The notes beneath the pieces were generated by a model. That model was not told the DNA's origin. It saw nothing but the letters and a program-made list of their open reading frames with translations, and searched no databases. A DNA stretch of 64,000 nucleotides from an uncultured Gemmatimonadales bacterium. Its GTDB lineage: Bacteria > Gemmatimonadota > Gemmatimonadetes > Gemmatimonadales > GWC2-71-9. The position numbers and the translations under genes were made by a program. Where the stretch lies: the NCBI GenBank assembly GCA_963795085.1, contig CAWCFX010000006.1, positions 96,001 to 160,000 on the forward strand, read 5' to 3'. Numbering within the stretch: the first letter of the stretch is position 1; each line of letters begins with the position of its first letter. Positions 1 to 12,763 of this stretch are shown here, one piece after another.

Positions 1-457
1 GGCCACCCTTGCCGATCTTGAGCTCGACGTTGTGCACCGTGGTGCCCAGCGGGACCTCGTGGAGCGGCACCGCGTTGCCGGTCCGGATGTCCGATCCCGG
101 CCCCGCCACCACCGTGTCGCCCTGGGACAAACCCTTGGGGTGAAGGATGTAGCGCTTCTCGCCGTCGGCGTACACGATCAGGGCGATCCGGGCCGACCGG
201 TTGGGATCGTACTCGATCTCCGCCACCCGGCCGGGGATGCCGAACTTGTTCCGCTTGAAGTCGATCTTCCGGTACATCCGCTTGTGGCCGCCGCCCCGGT
301 ACCGCATGGTGACGTGGCCCTGGTTATTGCGGCCGCCCTGGCTCTTGATCGGCTCCAGCAGCGACTTCTCCGGGGTGTCCCGGGTGATCTCGTCGAACCC
401 GGAGACCATGCGGAACCGGGTGCCCGGCGTGATCGGACGGAATTGCTTGATGCTCAT
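1..457 (-). CDS. rplB: 50S ribosomal protein L2 (N-terminal part, runs off window)
   Basis: Read by hand on the minus strand: ATG at 457, [16 protein letters not shown]...[28 protein letters not shown]...[13 protein letters not shown]. Follows rplW in S10 operon order. Confidence 0.95.
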   Translation of the reverse strand, partial: MSIKQFRPITPGTRFRMVSGFDEITRDTPEKSLLEPIKSQGGRNNQGHVTMRYRGGGHKRMYRKIDFKRNKFGIPGRVAEIEYDPNRSARIALIVYADGEKRYILHPKGLSQGDTVVAGPGSDIRTGNAVPLHEVPLGTTVHNVELKIGKGG

Positions 458-460
458 GGT

Positions 461-748
461 TTAGCCCTCGAACACGGCGATCGAATCGCCTTCCTTGAGG
501 GTGACGATGGCCTTCTTCCACCGCGGGGTGGTGCCCCGGGTGCGGCCGCGGGTCACCTCGTGGCGCCGCATCTGCATGGTGCGCACCTTGATCACGGTCA
601 CGTCGAACAGCTTCTGGAGCGCGTCCCGGATCTGGTACTTGTTCGCCTCGGGGTGCACCTCGAAGGCATACTCTTTCCGGGTCTGGTAGGCCGCCGAACT
701 CTTCTCGGTGACCACCGGCCGGACGACCACTTCGTGCAGTGTGGGCAT
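461..748 (-). CDS. rplW: 50S ribosomal protein L23
   Basis: RPVVTEKS...YAFEV...ANKYQI...WKKAIVTL; S10 operon position. Confidence 0.96.
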   Translation of the reverse strand: MPTLHEVVVRPVVTEKSSAAYQTRKEYAFEVHPEANKYQIRDALQKLFDVTVIKVRTMQMRRHEVTRGRTRGTTPRWKKAIVTLKEGDSIAVFEG

Positions 749-1621
749 TTACTTGCTCCCCTTCTTCTTCGGCGCCTTCTTGGCGGCCGGCTTCTTCGCC
801 GCCGACTTGGCACTCTTCTTGGCGGCCTTCTTTTTCGGGGCCGCGGCCCTGGCCGGCTTCTTCTTCTTCTTCGGCTTCTCGCTGGCTTCCGCCGCCGCCT
901 TCGCCGCCCGGGCCGCCTTCTTCTTCGGCTTGGCCGCTGCCGGCGCCTCCCGCCTGGCGCGCGGCTGCCGCGCGTCCAGCGAGCTGGCATCGCCGGCACC
1001 GTCCGGCGCCTGGCCGGTGATGGCGCCCTGCTCCACGACCACGACATCGGACCAAAGCACGTTATACGCCGAGACCTCGGCGTAGCTCATGACTTCGACC
1101 GTCGGCAGGTTGCGGCCGCTCAGGAAAACGTTGCTGTTGTGGCCGTGGGTCAATACCAGCACCTTGCGGCCGGCCACGTCCAGCCGGGTCAGCAGCTCCA
1201 GCAGCCGCGAGGTCTTGGGCGCGTCGAACACCAGCTTTTCGACCACCAGGACCGATCCCTCAGCGGCGCGGGCATTGAGCGCCGAGCGGCGGGCCAGCTG
1301 GCGCACCTTCTTGGGGATGTCGGACCGGTAATCCCTCGGGTGCGGCCCAAACACGACGCCGCCGCCCCGCCAGTGGGGCGCCCGGATGGACCCCTGCCGC
1401 GCGCGGCCGGTCCCTTTCTGTTTCCAGGGCTTCTGGTTGCCGCCGGACACGAAGCTCCGGGTCTTGGTGCTGGCGGTACCCTGGCGCTGGTTGTTCAGGT
1501 ACGTCTTTACCGCCTGGTGCAGCACCGGCTCGTTGACATCGCCATCGAAATAGTCGCCGGGCAGCGCGAACGCCGTGTCCCGCTTCGCCCCGCCGGGTGA
1601 GTAGTGAGCAGCTTCAAGCAT
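749..1621 (-). CDS. rplD: 50S ribosomal protein L4 with Lys/Ala-rich C-terminal extension
   Basis: [46 protein letters not shown]; ~80 aa KAAKK-rich tail. Confidence 0.96.
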   Translation of the reverse strand: MLEAAHYSPGGAKRDTAFALPGDYFDGDVNEPVLHQAVKTYLNNQRQGTASTKTRSFVSGGNQKPWKQKGTGRARQGSIRAPHWRGGGVVFGPHPRDYRSDIPKKVRQLARRSALNARAAEGSVLVVEKLVFDAPKTSRLLELLTRLDVAGRKVLVLTHGHNSNVFLSGRNLPTVEVMSYAEVSAYNVLWSDVVVVEQGAITGQAPDGAGDASSLDARQPRARREAPAAAKPKKKAARAAKAAAEASEKPKKKKKPARAAAPKKKAAKKSAKSAAKKPAAKKAPKKKGSK

Positions 1622-2243
1622 ACCGGCCCTTCCCTCCCTGTTTGGCGACGGTCACGATCCCATTCTTGGACCCGGGCACCGCGCCCCGCACGAACAGCAG
1701 GTTCCGGTCGGTGTCGATTTTCACGACCGTCAGGCCCAGTTCGGTATGGCGCCGGTCGCCCTGGTGGCCGGGCATCTTCTTGCCCTTGATCACCCGGGAC
1801 GGGTCGGTGCCCGGGCTGATGGAACCCGGCTTCCGGTGCCGGGTGTTGCCGTGGCTGGCCGGGCCGCCGCCGAAGCCGTACCGGTGCACCACGCCCTGGA
1901 ACCCGCGGCCCTTGCTGCGGCCGGTCACCTTGACGATCTCGCCGGGGGCGAAGATCTGCACGGTGACTTCATCGCCGGCCTTGGGGGCGTCATCGCCCGC
2001 CACCGGGAACTCCCGCACGATCCGGGGCAGCGTGTCGATGCCCGCCGCCTTGGCGTGGCCCGCTTCCGCGCGGTTGACCAGCTTGGGGCGCCGGTTGCCG
2101 AAGCCCAGCTGCACCGCGCTGTCCCGGACCCGGGTGACCCGGCAGGGCCCGGCCTCGATAATGGTCACCGGGACGGAGGACCCGTCCTCGATGAACACCC
2201 GCGTCATGCCGAGCTTGCGCCCGATCAGTCCTGTCGTCGCCAT
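1614..2243 (-). CDS. rplC: 50S ribosomal protein L3
   Basis: Start trimmed to [29 protein letters not shown] and VRGAVPG motifs. Confidence 0.96.
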   Translation of the reverse strand: MATTGLIGRKLGMTRVFIEDGSSVPVTIIEAGPCRVTRVRDSAVQLGFGNRRPKLVNRAEAGHAKAAGIDTLPRIVREFPVAGDDAPKAGDEVTVQIFAPGEIVKVTGRSKGRGFQGVVHRYGFGGGPASHGNTRHRKPGSISPGTDPSRVIKGKKMPGHQGDRRHTELGLTVVKIDTDRNLLFVRGAVPGSKNGIVTVAKQGGKGRYA

Positions 2244-2245
2244 GG

Positions 2246-2554
2246 CTATTCGACCTTGATCTCGACGTCCACCCCGGCCGGCAGGTCGAGCTTGGTCAGC
2301 GCGTCCACCGTCTGGGGGCGGGAGTCGTTGATATCGAGCAGGCGCTTGTGGGTCCGCAGCTCGAACTGTTCCCGGCTCTTCTTGTCGATGTGCGGGCTCC
2401 GGAGCACCGTCCACCGTTCGATCTTCACCGGGAGCGGGATCGGACCCGACACCTGGGCGCCGGTCTTCTCCGCTGTACGCACGATGTCCGCCGCCGCCTG
2501 GTCCAGCACGACGTGATCGAAAGCCTTCAACCGGATTCGGATTCTGCCTGCCAT
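2246..2554 (-). CDS. rpsJ: 30S ribosomal protein S10
   Basis: [10 protein letters not shown]...GPIPLP...[24 protein letters not shown]. Confidence 0.98.
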   Translation of the reverse strand: MAGRIRIRLKAFDHVVLDQAAADIVRTAEKTGAQVSGPIPLPVKIERWTVLRSPHIDKKSREQFELRTHKRLLDINDSRPQTVDALTKLDLPAGVDVEIKVE

Positions 2555-2573
2555 AAAACCTCACAGTGCGAAA

Positions 2574-2655
2574 ACTGAGTACTGGGTACTGGGTACTGGG
2601 TACTGAGTGCTGAGTGCTGAGGGGTTCCTCAGTCCTCCGTACTCTTCGCTCAGTA

Positions 2656-2657
<2 letters not shown>
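2574..2657. repeat. 7-bp tandem repeat (ACTGRGT/GCTGAGT) with degenerate inverted copies
   Basis: actgagt-actgggt x3-actgagt-gctgagt-gctgagg followed by cctcagt/gctcagtact. Confidence 0.85.
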
Positions 2658-3858
<1,201 letters not shown>

Positions 3859-3877
3859 AAGTCCGACTCCGCGAGTA

Positions 3878-3964
3878 AGTACTGAGTGCTGAGTGCTGAG
3901 TGCTGAGTGAACGGCCCTGATTCGAGTATCGCTACTCAGTCCTCAGTCCTTTCGACTCAGTACT
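3878..3964. repeat. 7-bp tandem repeat (CTGAGTG) with inverted CTCAGT copies between fusA and tuf
   Basis: agtactgagtgctgagtgctgagtgctgagt ... actcagtcctcagtcct...actcagtact; the outer 10 bp form a perfect inverted pair. Confidence 0.85.
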
Positions 3965-3967
3965 GGT

Positions 3968-6067
3968 TTATTTGCCCTGATTCTTCGTGATAATCTGTTC
4001 CGCGATGCTCTTCGGAACTTCTTCATAATGATCGAACTCCATCGAGTAGACCGCCCGGCCCTGGCTCATCGAGCGGAGCACTGTGGAGTATCCGAACATC
4101 TCGGCCAGCGGCACCGTGGCCGCCACCACCTGCGCATCGCCCCGCTGGGTCATGCCGCCGATCTTGCCGCGGCGGCCCGACAGGTCGCCGATGACGTCGC
4201 CCAGGAAGTCGCTGGGTGCGACCACCTCGACCTCCATGACCGGCTCCAGCAGGATGGCGTGGGCCTTCCGGGCCGCTTCCTTGACCGCCATGGAGCCGGC
4301 GATCTTGAAAGCCATTTCCGAGCTGTCCACGTCATGGTAACTGCCGTCCACCAGTTCGACCTTGACGTCCACCATGGGATAGCCGGCCAGCACCCCGCCC
4401 TCGAGCGCTTCCTTGATCCCGGCTTCCACCGGCTTGATGAACTCGCGGGGGATGCTGCCGCCCACGATCTTGTCCTCGAAGATGAACCCCTGCCCGGCCT
4501 CGGACGGCTCCACGTGGATCACCACGTGGCCGAACTGGCCCTTGCCGCCGGACTGGCGGACAAACTTGCCCTCGACATACTCCACCCGGCGGGTGATGGT
4601 CTCCCGGAAGGCGACCTGGGGCCGGCCCACGTTGGCCTCGACCCTGAACTCGCGCTTCATCCGGTCCACGATGATCTCGAGATGCAGCTCGCCCATGCCG
4701 GCGATGATGGTCTGCCCGGTCTCGACGTCGGTGCGCACCCGGAAGGTGGGATCCTCTTCGGCCAGCTTCTGGAGCGCGATGGCCAGCTTGTCCTGGTCGG
4801 CCTTGGTCTTGGGCTCCACGGCCACGTCGATGACGGGGTTGGGGAACTTCATCGCTTCGAGGATGACCGGCTTGTCGTCGTCGCAGAGCGTATCGCCGGT
4901 GCGGGTGTCCTTGAGGCCGATGGCGGCGGCGATGTCGCCGGCCAGCACCTCGTCGATCTCCTCCCGCTTGTTGGCGTGCATCTGGAGCAGCCGGGCCACC
5001 CGCTCCCGCTTGTCCTTGGTGCTGTTGTACACGTAGCTGCCGCTCTTCAGCACCCCGGAATAGACCCGGAAGAAGGTCAGCCGCCCCACGAAGGGGTCGG
5101 TGGCGATCTTGAAGGCCAGGGCCGCGAAGGGCTCGTCATCGGAGGCGCAGCGCTCGACGTGGGTGTCGTCATGGAGCGGCAGATGCCCCTTGATGGCCGG
5201 GACGTCGGTCGGACTGGGGAGGTAGTCGATCACCGCATCCAGCAGCGCCTGGACACCCTTGTTCTTGAAGCTGGCCCCGCAGAGCACCGGGACGATGTGG
5301 CCGCCGGTGGTCGCCTTGCGGATGGCCCGCTGGATCTCCTCCAGGCTCAGCTCGGCGCCGCCCAGGTACTTCTCCATCAGTTCGTCGTCATGCTCGACCG
5401 CCGCTTCGATGACTTCGTGGCGGTACAACTCGACCTTCTCCTTGTAGACGTCGGGCACCGGCATCTCGGTGAACGTCTTGCCCATGGTGGAGTCGTCGAA
5501 GACGATCTCGACCCGGCGCAGCACGTCGATGTGCCCGGTGAACAGCTCCCCCGAGCCGACCGGAAGCTGGATTGGAAAGGCCCGCTTGGTCAGCCGGTCC
5601 CGGATCATGAACAGGCACTTGTCGAAGTCGGCCCCGATCCGGTCCATCTTGTTGGCAAAAATCAGCCGGGGCACGTTGTACCGGTCGGCCTGGCGCCAGA
5701 CGGTCTCGGTCTGCGGCTCCACGCCGGCCACCGAGTCGAGCAGCGTCACCGCGCCGTCGAGCACCCGGAGCGAGCGCTCCACCTCGACGGTGAAGTCCAC
5801 GTGGCCAGGCGTATCGATGATGTTGATGCGATAAAGGATGTCGTTCCGCTTCCAGAAACAGGTCGTGGCGGCGGAGGTAATGGTGATGCCCCGCTCCTGC
5901 TCCTGCTCCATCCAGTCCATGGTGGCCGCGCCCTCGTGGACCTCACCGATCTTGTAGTTCTTGCCGGTGTAGTAGAGGATGCGCTCGGTCGTAGTCGTCT
6001 TCCCGGCATCGATGTGGGCCATGATGCCGATATTGCGATACTTGTCGAGCGTCGTTTCACGAGCCAT
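3968..6067 (-). CDS. fusA: Elongation factor G
   Basis: [41 protein letters not shown]. Start taken at MARETT (alternative 6073). Confidence 0.98.
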   Translation of the reverse strand: MARETTLDKYRNIGIMAHIDAGKTTTTERILYYTGKNYKIGEVHEGAATMDWMEQEQERGITITSAATTCFWKRNDILYRINIIDTPGHVDFTVEVERSLRVLDGAVTLLDSVAGVEPQTETVWRQADRYNVPRLIFANKMDRIGADFDKCLFMIRDRLTKRAFPIQLPVGSGELFTGHIDVLRRVEIVFDDSTMGKTFTEMPVPDVYKEKVELYRHEVIEAAVEHDDELMEKYLGGAELSLEEIQRAIRKATTGGHIVPVLCGASFKNKGVQALLDAVIDYLPSPTDVPAIKGHLPLHDDTHVERCASDDEPFAALAFKIATDPFVGRLTFFRVYSGVLKSGSYVYNSTKDKRERVARLLQMHANKREEIDEVLAGDIAAAIGLKDTRTGDTLCDDDKPVILEAMKFPNPVIDVAVEPKTKADQDKLAIALQKLAEEDPTFRVRTDVETGQTIIAGMGELHLEIIVDRMKREFRVEANVGRPQVAFRETITRRVEYVEGKFVRQSGGKGQFGHVVIHVEPSEAGQGFIFEDKIVGGSIPREFIKPVEAGIKEALEGGVLAGYPMVDVKVELVDGSYHDVDSSEMAFKIAGSMAVKEAARKAHAILLEPVMEVEVVAPSDFLGDVIGDLSGRRGKIGGMTQRGDAQVVAATVPLAEMFGYSTVLRSMSQGRAVYSMEFDHYEEVPKSIAEQIITKNQGK

Positions 6068-6233
6068 GATCATCCCTATTCAGCGAAAAAGCGGGGCGAC
6101 CTTTGGGAAGCATCCCATGGTTTCGCTCCGCGCACATCCGGGCTCTCGCCCGTGATGGGGATCCCCAAAGGATCCCGTGCGTTGTCTTTGAAGGATGAGA
6201 GGTGGCGAATCCGTCACGTCATCCGTTGTATCA

Positions 6234-6285
6234 CCTCACACCCGTTCCCCCTCTCCATTCATGGAGAGGGGGTCAGGGGGAGAGG
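6234..6285. repeat. REP-like palindromic hairpin directly after the rpsG stop
   Basis: ccccctctccat-tc-atggagaggggg is a 12-bp perfect stem, flanked by cctcacaccc / gggggagagg. A related copy follows nusG. Confidence 0.7.
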
Positions 6286-6756
6286 TTACCAGCGGTAGTG
6301 CGCGAACGCCCGGTTGGCCTCGGCCATCCGGTGCGTGTCATCCTTCTTCTTGATGGTGTTGCCTTCGCCCTTGGACGCCAGGATCAACTCGGCGGCCAGC
6401 CGCTCCGACATGGTCTTTTCGGTCCGGGCCCGGGCGAAATCAATGATCCACCGCATCGCCAGGGTGCTCCGGCGCTCAGGCCGGACTTCCACCGGCACCT
6501 GCAGCGACGCGCCACCGACCCGGCGGCTCTTCACTTCCACCGTGGGCTTGGCGTTGTTCACGGCCTGCTTGAAGACCGCCACGCCAGGCTGGCTGGTGCG
6601 CTCTTCGATCAGGTCCATCGCGCTGTAGAAGATCCGCTCCGCGGTGCTCTTCTTGCCCTCGTTCATCAGGCTGTTGACGAACTTGGAAACCGTCTGGCTG
6701 TCGTACCGGGGATCCGGCGGGACCGGCCGCTTGACCGCACGATTACGCCGGCTCAC
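6286..6756 (-). CDS. rpsG: 30S ribosomal protein S7
   Basis: [41 protein letters not shown]. Confidence 0.98.
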   Translation of the reverse strand: MSRRNRAVKRPVPPDPRYDSQTVSKFVNSLMNEGKKSTAERIFYSAMDLIEERTSQPGVAVFKQAVNNAKPTVEVKSRRVGGASLQVPVEVRPERRSTLAMRWIIDFARARTEKTMSERLAAELILASKGEGNTIKKKDDTHRMAEANRAFAHYRW

Positions 6757-7142
6757 TTCTTCCCTCCCTGGGCCTTGGGCCGCTTGGCGCCGTACTTGGA
6801 CCGGCTCTGGCGGCGGTCGTTCACACCCGCCGCGTCCAGCGTACCGCGGACAATATGGTACCGCACCCCGGGAAGATCCTTCACCCGGCCGCCCCGAATG
6901 AGCACGATCGAGTGCTCCTGCAGGTTGTGACCTTCACCCGGGATGTACGCCGTCACTTCGAATCCGTTGGTCAGCCGGACACGCGCCACTTTCCGGAGCG
7001 CCGAGTTCGGCTTCTTGGGCGTGGTGGTGTACACGCGGGTGCAGACGCCACGCTTCTGCGGATTCATCTTGAGAGCGGGCGCCTTGTCCTTCGCGAGGAC
7101 GTCGCGGCGGCCGTTCCTGATCAACTGATTGATTGTCGGCAT
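6753..7142 (-). CDS. rpsL: 30S ribosomal protein S12
   Basis: MPTINQL..., [32 protein letters not shown]. Confidence 0.98.
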   Translation of the reverse strand: MPTINQLIRNGRRDVLAKDKAPALKMNPQKRGVCTRVYTTTPKKPNSALRKVARVRLTNGFEVTAYIPGEGHNLQEHSIVLIRGGRVKDLPGVRYHIVRGTLDAAGVNDRRQSRSKYGAKRPKAQGGKK

Positions 7143-7306
7143 GCGATCCCGAAAAACTGTCCGTAACTGGCCCCAAAAAATGGCAGACGCCAAACATAGA
7201 CAGGGACCGGGCTTAGGTCAAGTCGGTCGGCTCCTCCGCCCCCCGGCAACGGCCACAAAGACGCGAAGGCGCTCCAGAATAACGCAAGCCTCTCGGGCGA
7301 CAGGAC

Positions 7307-8401
7307 TTAGATCTCGATAACGGCCTTTATCACCTCCCGCGCCTCCACGGCGGCCAGCGCCGAGCCCGCCTCCTCCAGGCGAAACCGATTTCCCGCCAGG
7401 TCCCGCCAGGGAACCTGCTCGCCAAGCCGGGCAGCCAGCGCCACCCCCCGGTGAAAATGGGAATAATCCGATCCCCAGCAGCCCCGGATCGTGACGTGCC
7501 TCCGATTGATCTGGCGGTGGGGATTGATGGGTACATCTCCAAGGTCGGCATACTGTCCCACCACGACCACCCGGCCCCCGTCGCGCACCAGGTCCAGCGC
7601 CTGGGAGACCGCCGGGGGAGCGCCGGAGGCTTCCACGACAACGTCCGCTCCCCGGCCGCCGGTCAGCCGCCGGACCTCGCGAACCCGGTCCTCGTGGGGG
7701 ACCGCCAGGTCCAGCATGGCGCTCGCCCCCATGCGCCCGGCCATGGCCAGCCGGGCCGCCGGGGCGCCCACCACCACGACCTCGCCGGCCCCGGACAACC
7801 GGGCCAGCGCGGCCGCCGACAGGCCAACCGGCCCAGCGCCCAGCACCACCACGGATTCCCCCAGGCGCAGGGCCGCGAGGTCTGTCGCGTGGAGGGCGGT
7901 CACCAGGCCGCAGCCACCCCCGATGAAGGTCCGGGGATCGAGTTGCTCCGGAATTCGAACCATCCGCACCCCTGGCTTCATCCAGATCGCCTCGGCCCAC
8001 CCGCCGAGCAGCCCGTCGTGCGCCGAGTAGGTGATCCCGTAAACTTTTCGATGGGGGCAACGGGTGGTCTCTTTCGCGACCAGGCAGTACCAGCAGGCGT
8101 GGCAGGTTTCGTGGACGTCGAGAAAGGTGACCAGGTCGCCGGCCCGAAGCGGCATCCCTTCGATGTCGTGGACCGCGCCGTTCACCTCGGCGATCTCGCC
8201 GATCGAGACGTGGCCGGGAATGATGGGATAGGGAACCCCGGCCAGCCGCCCGTAATGAAGATGCACATCCGTACCGCAGACCTCGGAGAACCGGGTGCGC
8301 AACAGCGCCGCTCCCGGCGCCAGGGACGGCGCGGGACGGTCTTCCACCCGCAGCGGCTTCCCCGGCCCCGGCATCAGGACCGCACGATAGGTCTGGGTCA
8401 T
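7307..8401 (-). CDS. Zinc-binding alcohol dehydrogenase (MDR family)
   Basis: VCGTDVH, structural-zinc CHACWYC...C, GAGPVG Rossmann motif, GADVVVEASG. Start trimmed to MTQTYR. Confidence 0.9.
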   Translation of the reverse strand: MTQTYRAVLMPGPGKPLRVEDRPAPSLAPGAALLRTRFSEVCGTDVHLHYGRLAGVPYPIIPGHVSIGEIAEVNGAVHDIEGMPLRAGDLVTFLDVHETCHACWYCLVAKETTRCPHRKVYGITYSAHDGLLGGWAEAIWMKPGVRMVRIPEQLDPRTFIGGGCGLVTALHATDLAALRLGESVVVLGAGPVGLSAAALARLSGAGEVVVVGAPAARLAMAGRMGASAMLDLAVPHEDRVREVRRLTGGRGADVVVEASGAPPAVSQALDLVRDGGRVVVVGQYADLGDVPINPHRQINRRHVTIRGCWGSDYSHFHRGVALAARLGEQVPWRDLAGNRFRLEEAGSALAAVEAREVIKAVIEI

Positions 8402-8484
8402 CGATTCTCCCGGTTGGGTCAGGTAATTATAGATTGCAGATGCCATCCTGATGCACGACCATTCACCTCCTCGGGGACACCGCC

Positions 8485-10134
8485 TTGGCCCGACACCCCC
8501 TCGCCGGCAGACCTGCCCCCACCGACCAGCTCATCGACCCCGCCGCAGTGGAACGAGAGTACCACACCCGGCGCCCCGACCTGGACGATCCCACCCAGCT
8601 GGTCGCCTTTGGCACCAGCGGGCACCGCGGCTCCCCGCTGCGCGGCACCTTCACCGAGGCCCATATCCTGGCCATCACCCAGGCCATCTGTGATTATCGG
8701 GCCAGCCAGGGCATCACCGGAGCGCTGTACCTGGGCAAGGACACCCACGCAGTCTCCCGGCCCGCCGAACGGACCGCGCTCGAGGTCCTGGCCGGAAACG
8801 GGGTCCAGGTTGTCCTCCAGCGCGAGGATGGCTACACCCCGACGCCGGTGATATCCTGGCTGATCCTGGCGGCGAACGAGGCCGGCCGGCCCGGCGGACA
8901 GGCGGACGGAATCATCGTGACGCCGTCCCATAATCCGCCGGAAGACGGCGGGTTCAAGTACAATCCCCCCAATGGGGGACCGGCGGATACCGACATTACC
9001 GGGTGGATGCAGGACCGGGCCAACCAGCTCCTCGCCGAGGATAATCGCAGCGTGCGGCGGGTGCCGTTGCAGCAGGCCAGCTCGGCTCCCACCACCCAGG
9101 AGGAGGACCTGGTCACTCCGTATGTGAAGGCCCTCGCCGGCGCGATCGATTTCGAAAGCATTCGCCGGGCGGGCATCCGGATCGGCGTGGACCCCATGGG
9201 CGGCGCGTCCCTTCCCTACTGGGAGCCGATCGCTTCCGCGTACGGGCTTGAACTGACGGTGGTCAACCGGCAGGTCGATCCTACGTTTGGATTCATGACG
9301 CTGGACCACGACGGAAAGATCCGGATGGACTGCTCCAGCCCTTATGCCATGGCCAGCCTCCTCGGCCTCAAGGATGATTTCGACATCGCCTTCGGCAGCG
9401 ATCCCGACGCCGATCGCCACGGCATCGTGACCGGGTCGGCTGGACTCCTGAACCCCAACCATTATCTCGCGGTGGCCATTCAGTATCTGCTGACCCACCG
9501 CCCGGGCTGGTCCCCGGCCAGCGCGGTCGGCAAGACGCTGGTCTCCAGCGCGCTTATCGACCGGGTGGTGGCGGACCTGGGACGGGAGCTTCTGGAAGTG
9601 CCGGTCGGATTCAAGTGGTTTGCCCCGGGTCTGTTCGATGGTTCCTGCTGCTTCGGCGGCGAGGAGAGCGCCGGCGCCAGTTTTCTCCAGCGGGACGGAT
9701 CGGTCTGGACGACCGACAAGGACGGCCTTCTGCTGGGCCTGCTCGCCGCGGAGATCACGGCGGTGACGGGGAAAGACCCGGGCATGCTGTACCTGGAACT
9801 GGCCGACCGGCTCGGCGCCCCGGTCTATGCCCGTATTGACACGCCCTGCCGGCCGGAGGAGAAGGAAGGGTTCAAGCGATTGACCCCGGAGGCCGTCACC
9901 GCCGCCACACTGGCCGGCGACCCCATCCTGGCCAGGCTCACCCGCGCACCCGGCAACGGTGAACCGATCGGCGGGCTCAAGGTGACCACCGCGAACGGCT
10001 GGTTCGCGGCCCGGCCCTCGGGGACCGAGAACGTCTACAAGGTGTACGCCGAGAGCTTCCGGGATGAGGCCCACCTGGCCTGGGTGCTGCGAGACGCCCA
10101 GGCGATCGTCTCCCGGGCACTGGGGGCCGGGTGA
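8485..10134 (+). CDS. pgm: Phosphoglucomutase (alpha-D-glucose-phosphate specific)
   Basis: [43 protein letters not shown] start. Confidence 0.95.
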   Translation: MARHPLAGRPAPTDQLIDPAAVEREYHTRRPDLDDPTQLVAFGTSGHRGSPLRGTFTEAHILAITQAICDYRASQGITGALYLGKDTHAVSRPAERTALEVLAGNGVQVVLQREDGYTPTPVISWLILAANEAGRPGGQADGIIVTPSHNPPEDGGFKYNPPNGGPADTDITGWMQDRANQLLAEDNRSVRRVPLQQASSAPTTQEEDLVTPYVKALAGAIDFESIRRAGIRIGVDPMGGASLPYWEPIASAYGLELTVVNRQVDPTFGFMTLDHDGKIRMDCSSPYAMASLLGLKDDFDIAFGSDPDADRHGIVTGSAGLLNPNHYLAVAIQYLLTHRPGWSPASAVGKTLVSSALIDRVVADLGRELLEVPVGFKWFAPGLFDGSCCFGGEESAGASFLQRDGSVWTTDKDGLLLGLLAAEITAVTGKDPGMLYLELADRLGAPVYARIDTPCRPEEKEGFKRLTPEAVTAATLAGDPILARLTRAPGNGEPIGGLKVTTANGWFAARPSGTENVYKVYAESFRDEAHLAWVLRDAQAIVSRALGAG

Positions 10135-10213
10135 GCGCCTCGGCTATGGCCGGGCGCCCCGGGGTGGTAGTATCCAACCAGCGGCGCCTTCCCCCTCCCA
10201 TCCGGATGACCTC

Positions 10214-11095
10214 ATGATCTGGGCCCAGTTTTCCATCAACCCGGAGCAATTGCAGACAGCGGCACTGGCCGCGGTCCCGCGAATCGTGGCCGCCGTCCTG
10301 GTCTTTCTGCTGTTCTGGCTGGTCCTCCGGCTCACCCAGCCGGCAGTCCGGGCTGCGCTCCAGCGGGCCCGGTTTGTCGATGCCCTGATCAAGCTCATGG
10401 TCGACGGCGTGTACCGGGGGACCCTGCTCACGCTGGGCCTGGTGATGGCCGTGAGCCAGCTCGGCGTCAACGTGAGCGCGGTGCTCGCGGGGATCGGCGT
10501 GGTCGGCATCGCGGTGGGCTTCGCCGCCCAGGAGACGGTCGCCAACATGATCGCCGGGTTCCTGATCTTCTGGGACCGCCCTTTCGTGATCGGGGATTTC
10601 ATCACCACCCAGGATCTCTACGGCGAAGTCCGCGAGATCACGCTCCGCACCACCCGGATCCGGACCAACGAGAATACCTACGTCGTCATTCCCAACAAGC
10701 AGGTCATCGGCGACACGCTGGTCAATCATTCCATGTATGGCGAGACCCGGGTCAACGTGCCCATCGGCATCGCCTACAAGGAGCGGATCGCCGAGGCCCG
10801 CGAGGTCATCCTCGCGGCGATCCGGAATGTGGACGGCGTGATGCCGCAGCCGGAACCGGACGTCGTGGCCCTCTCGATGGGCGATTCCAGCGTGAACCTG
10901 ATGGTCCGGGTCTGGATTGATGAGGCCAGGGACGAGCGTCCCGTCTTCCACCGGGTCATGGAGGCGAGCAAGGTGGCCCTCGACGCCGCGGGCATCGAGA
11001 TTCCCTATCCCCATCTCCAGCTCTTCATCGAGAGCATCCGGGACGAGGTCTGGTCCGGGGCGGCCGGTGCGCTCGGCCGGGGGAGGAGCGGATGA
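10214..11095 (+). CDS. Small-conductance mechanosensitive channel (MscS family)
   Basis: TM helices, then GIAVGFAAQETVANMIAG, RPFVIGD, GEVREITLRTT, VIPN, GIEIPYP. Confidence 0.92.
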   Translation: MIWAQFSINPEQLQTAALAAVPRIVAAVLVFLLFWLVLRLTQPAVRAALQRARFVDALIKLMVDGVYRGTLLTLGLVMAVSQLGVNVSAVLAGIGVVGIAVGFAAQETVANMIAGFLIFWDRPFVIGDFITTQDLYGEVREITLRTTRIRTNENTYVVIPNKQVIGDTLVNHSMYGETRVNVPIGIAYKERIAEAREVILAAIRNVDGVMPQPEPDVVALSMGDSSVNLMVRVWIDEARDERPVFHRVMEASKVALDAAGIEIPYPHLQLFIESIRDEVWSGAAGALGRGRSG

Positions 11096-12246
11096 AGCGC
11101 CATCTGGAGATGCTGAGCGAGCCGGTATTCGCGACGGCAGCGCGCCTCTTCATGTTCCGCAAGCGCCATCCCCCCGTCGGCTCCATGCCGGGGACGCTGG
11201 TGACCGAGCCGGGCGGAGCCAAGCCGGTCATCCGGATCATGTCCTATACGACCGAGGGGGTAAAAGAGGAAGAAGGAGTGACTGACCTCGAGGCGCTACG
11301 GCAGTATGTCGGGTCGGCCGGGGTCACCTGGGTGGACGTCCAGGGGCTGGGCGACGAGCAGGTACTCCGCACCATCGCCGGGATCTTCGAGATCCATCCC
11401 CTTGCCCTGGAAGACGCCGTCAACGTACCCCAGCGCCCCAAGTCGGAAAGCTACGAGGACCAGCACCTGTTCATCGCCCGGATGACCCGGGTGGCCGAAA
11501 AGAACCGGATCGACGCGGAGCAGGTCAGTTTCTTCATCGGGGCGCACTACATCCTGACATTCCAGGAACTGTACGGAGACGTCTTCGACCCGGTGCGCAA
11601 GCGGATCAGGGCCGGCAAGGGACCGATCCGGCGCATGGGACCCGACTACCTGGCGTATGCGCTGATTGATACCGTGATCGACGCGTATTATCCCCTGATC
11701 GAGACCATCGGGGACCAGCTCTACGAGCTGGAAGAGGCGATTCTCACCCGGCCCACCGAGAAGGGGCTGCACCGGATCCACGCGATGCGGCGGGAGTTGC
11801 TGGGCATCCGGCGGGCCGTGTGGCCACAACGGGAGGCCGTCAACGCCCTGATCCGGGAGGAGAGCCCGCTCATCACCGAACCGGTCAGGGTCTATCTCCG
11901 GGACTGCCTGGACCACGCGACCCAGATCGCCGACCTCCTGGAGAACTACCGGGAGATCACCAACAGCCTGATGGACATCTACCTGTCCAGCATGGGCCAG
12001 CGTACCAACGAGGTCATGAAGGTGCTCACCATCATGGCCAGCATTTTCATTCCGCTCACTTTCGTCGCCGGCGTGTACGGCATGAACTTCCAGTACCTGC
12101 CCGGCCTGGCCTGGCACGAGGCCTGGGCGGTGCTCCTGGGGGGCATGGGCGTCGTGGTCATCGGCATGCTCTGGTATTTCCGCCGCCGGGGCTGGATTGG
12201 CAACCAGGATGATGACGAGAAGCCTGAGCACGGGGAGGCGGCGTGA
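11092..12246 (+). CDS. corA: Magnesium/cobalt transporter CorA
   Basis: HPLALED, QRPK, NEVMKVLTI..IFIPLTFVAGVYGMNF signature. Confidence 0.93.
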   Translation: MKRHLEMLSEPVFATAARLFMFRKRHPPVGSMPGTLVTEPGGAKPVIRIMSYTTEGVKEEEGVTDLEALRQYVGSAGVTWVDVQGLGDEQVLRTIAGIFEIHPLALEDAVNVPQRPKSESYEDQHLFIARMTRVAEKNRIDAEQVSFFIGAHYILTFQELYGDVFDPVRKRIRAGKGPIRRMGPDYLAYALIDTVIDAYYPLIETIGDQLYELEEAILTRPTEKGLHRIHAMRRELLGIRRAVWPQREAVNALIREESPLITEPVRVYLRDCLDHATQIADLLENYREITNSLMDIYLSSMGQRTNEVMKVLTIMASIFIPLTFVAGVYGMNFQYLPGLAWHEAWAVLLGGMGVVVIGMLWYFRRRGWIGNQDDDEKPEHGEAA

Positions 12247-12277
12247 CCCAGAATGCCCAACGACCGGGAGAACCGGG

Positions 12278-12763
12278 ATGAAAATCGGTTACCTGCTGGC
12301 TGGTTTATTCGCCACCGGCTCCCTTACCGGGAGCGCGGGCCGGGACACGAACTCCGGGCTGGAGCAGGCCCGGTGGCTCGCCGGGTGTTGGGAGTTGACC
12401 CGGGGCGCCCGCACCGGATTCGAGATGTGGATGCCGCCGGCCGGAGGCCTCATGATGGGGGCGAGCCGGACCCTGTCGGCGGGCCGGGTGGTGGAATGGG
12501 AACGGCTGGAACTGCGGGAACGGGACGGGCGGCTGGTCTATACTTCTCTCCCCTCGGGTCAGGCCGAAGCCTCCTTCACGTCCGTCGAGGTGAGCGACAG
12601 CGGGTTCACGGTCGAAAACCTGGCGCACGATTTTCCCCAGCGCATCAACTACCGGCGCCGGGGTCCGGACTCACTGGTCGCCCGAATCGAGGGGCCGGGG
12701 CCGAACGGGCGGCGGCGGATAGAGTTCCCCATGCGGCGAGCCACCTGCGAGGTGTCCGAGTAG
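12278..12763 (+). CDS. Secreted hypothetical protein (DUF6265-like)
   Basis: Signal peptide MKIGYLLAGLF; WLAGCW, E.W.PP.GG.M.G, ENLAHDFPQRI.Y. Confidence 0.7.
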   Translation: MKIGYLLAGLFATGSLTGSAGRDTNSGLEQARWLAGCWELTRGARTGFEMWMPPAGGLMMGASRTLSAGRVVEWERLELRERDGRLVYTSLPSGQAEASFTSVEVSDSGFTVENLAHDFPQRINYRRRGPDSLVARIEGPGPNGRRRIEFPMRRATCEVSE

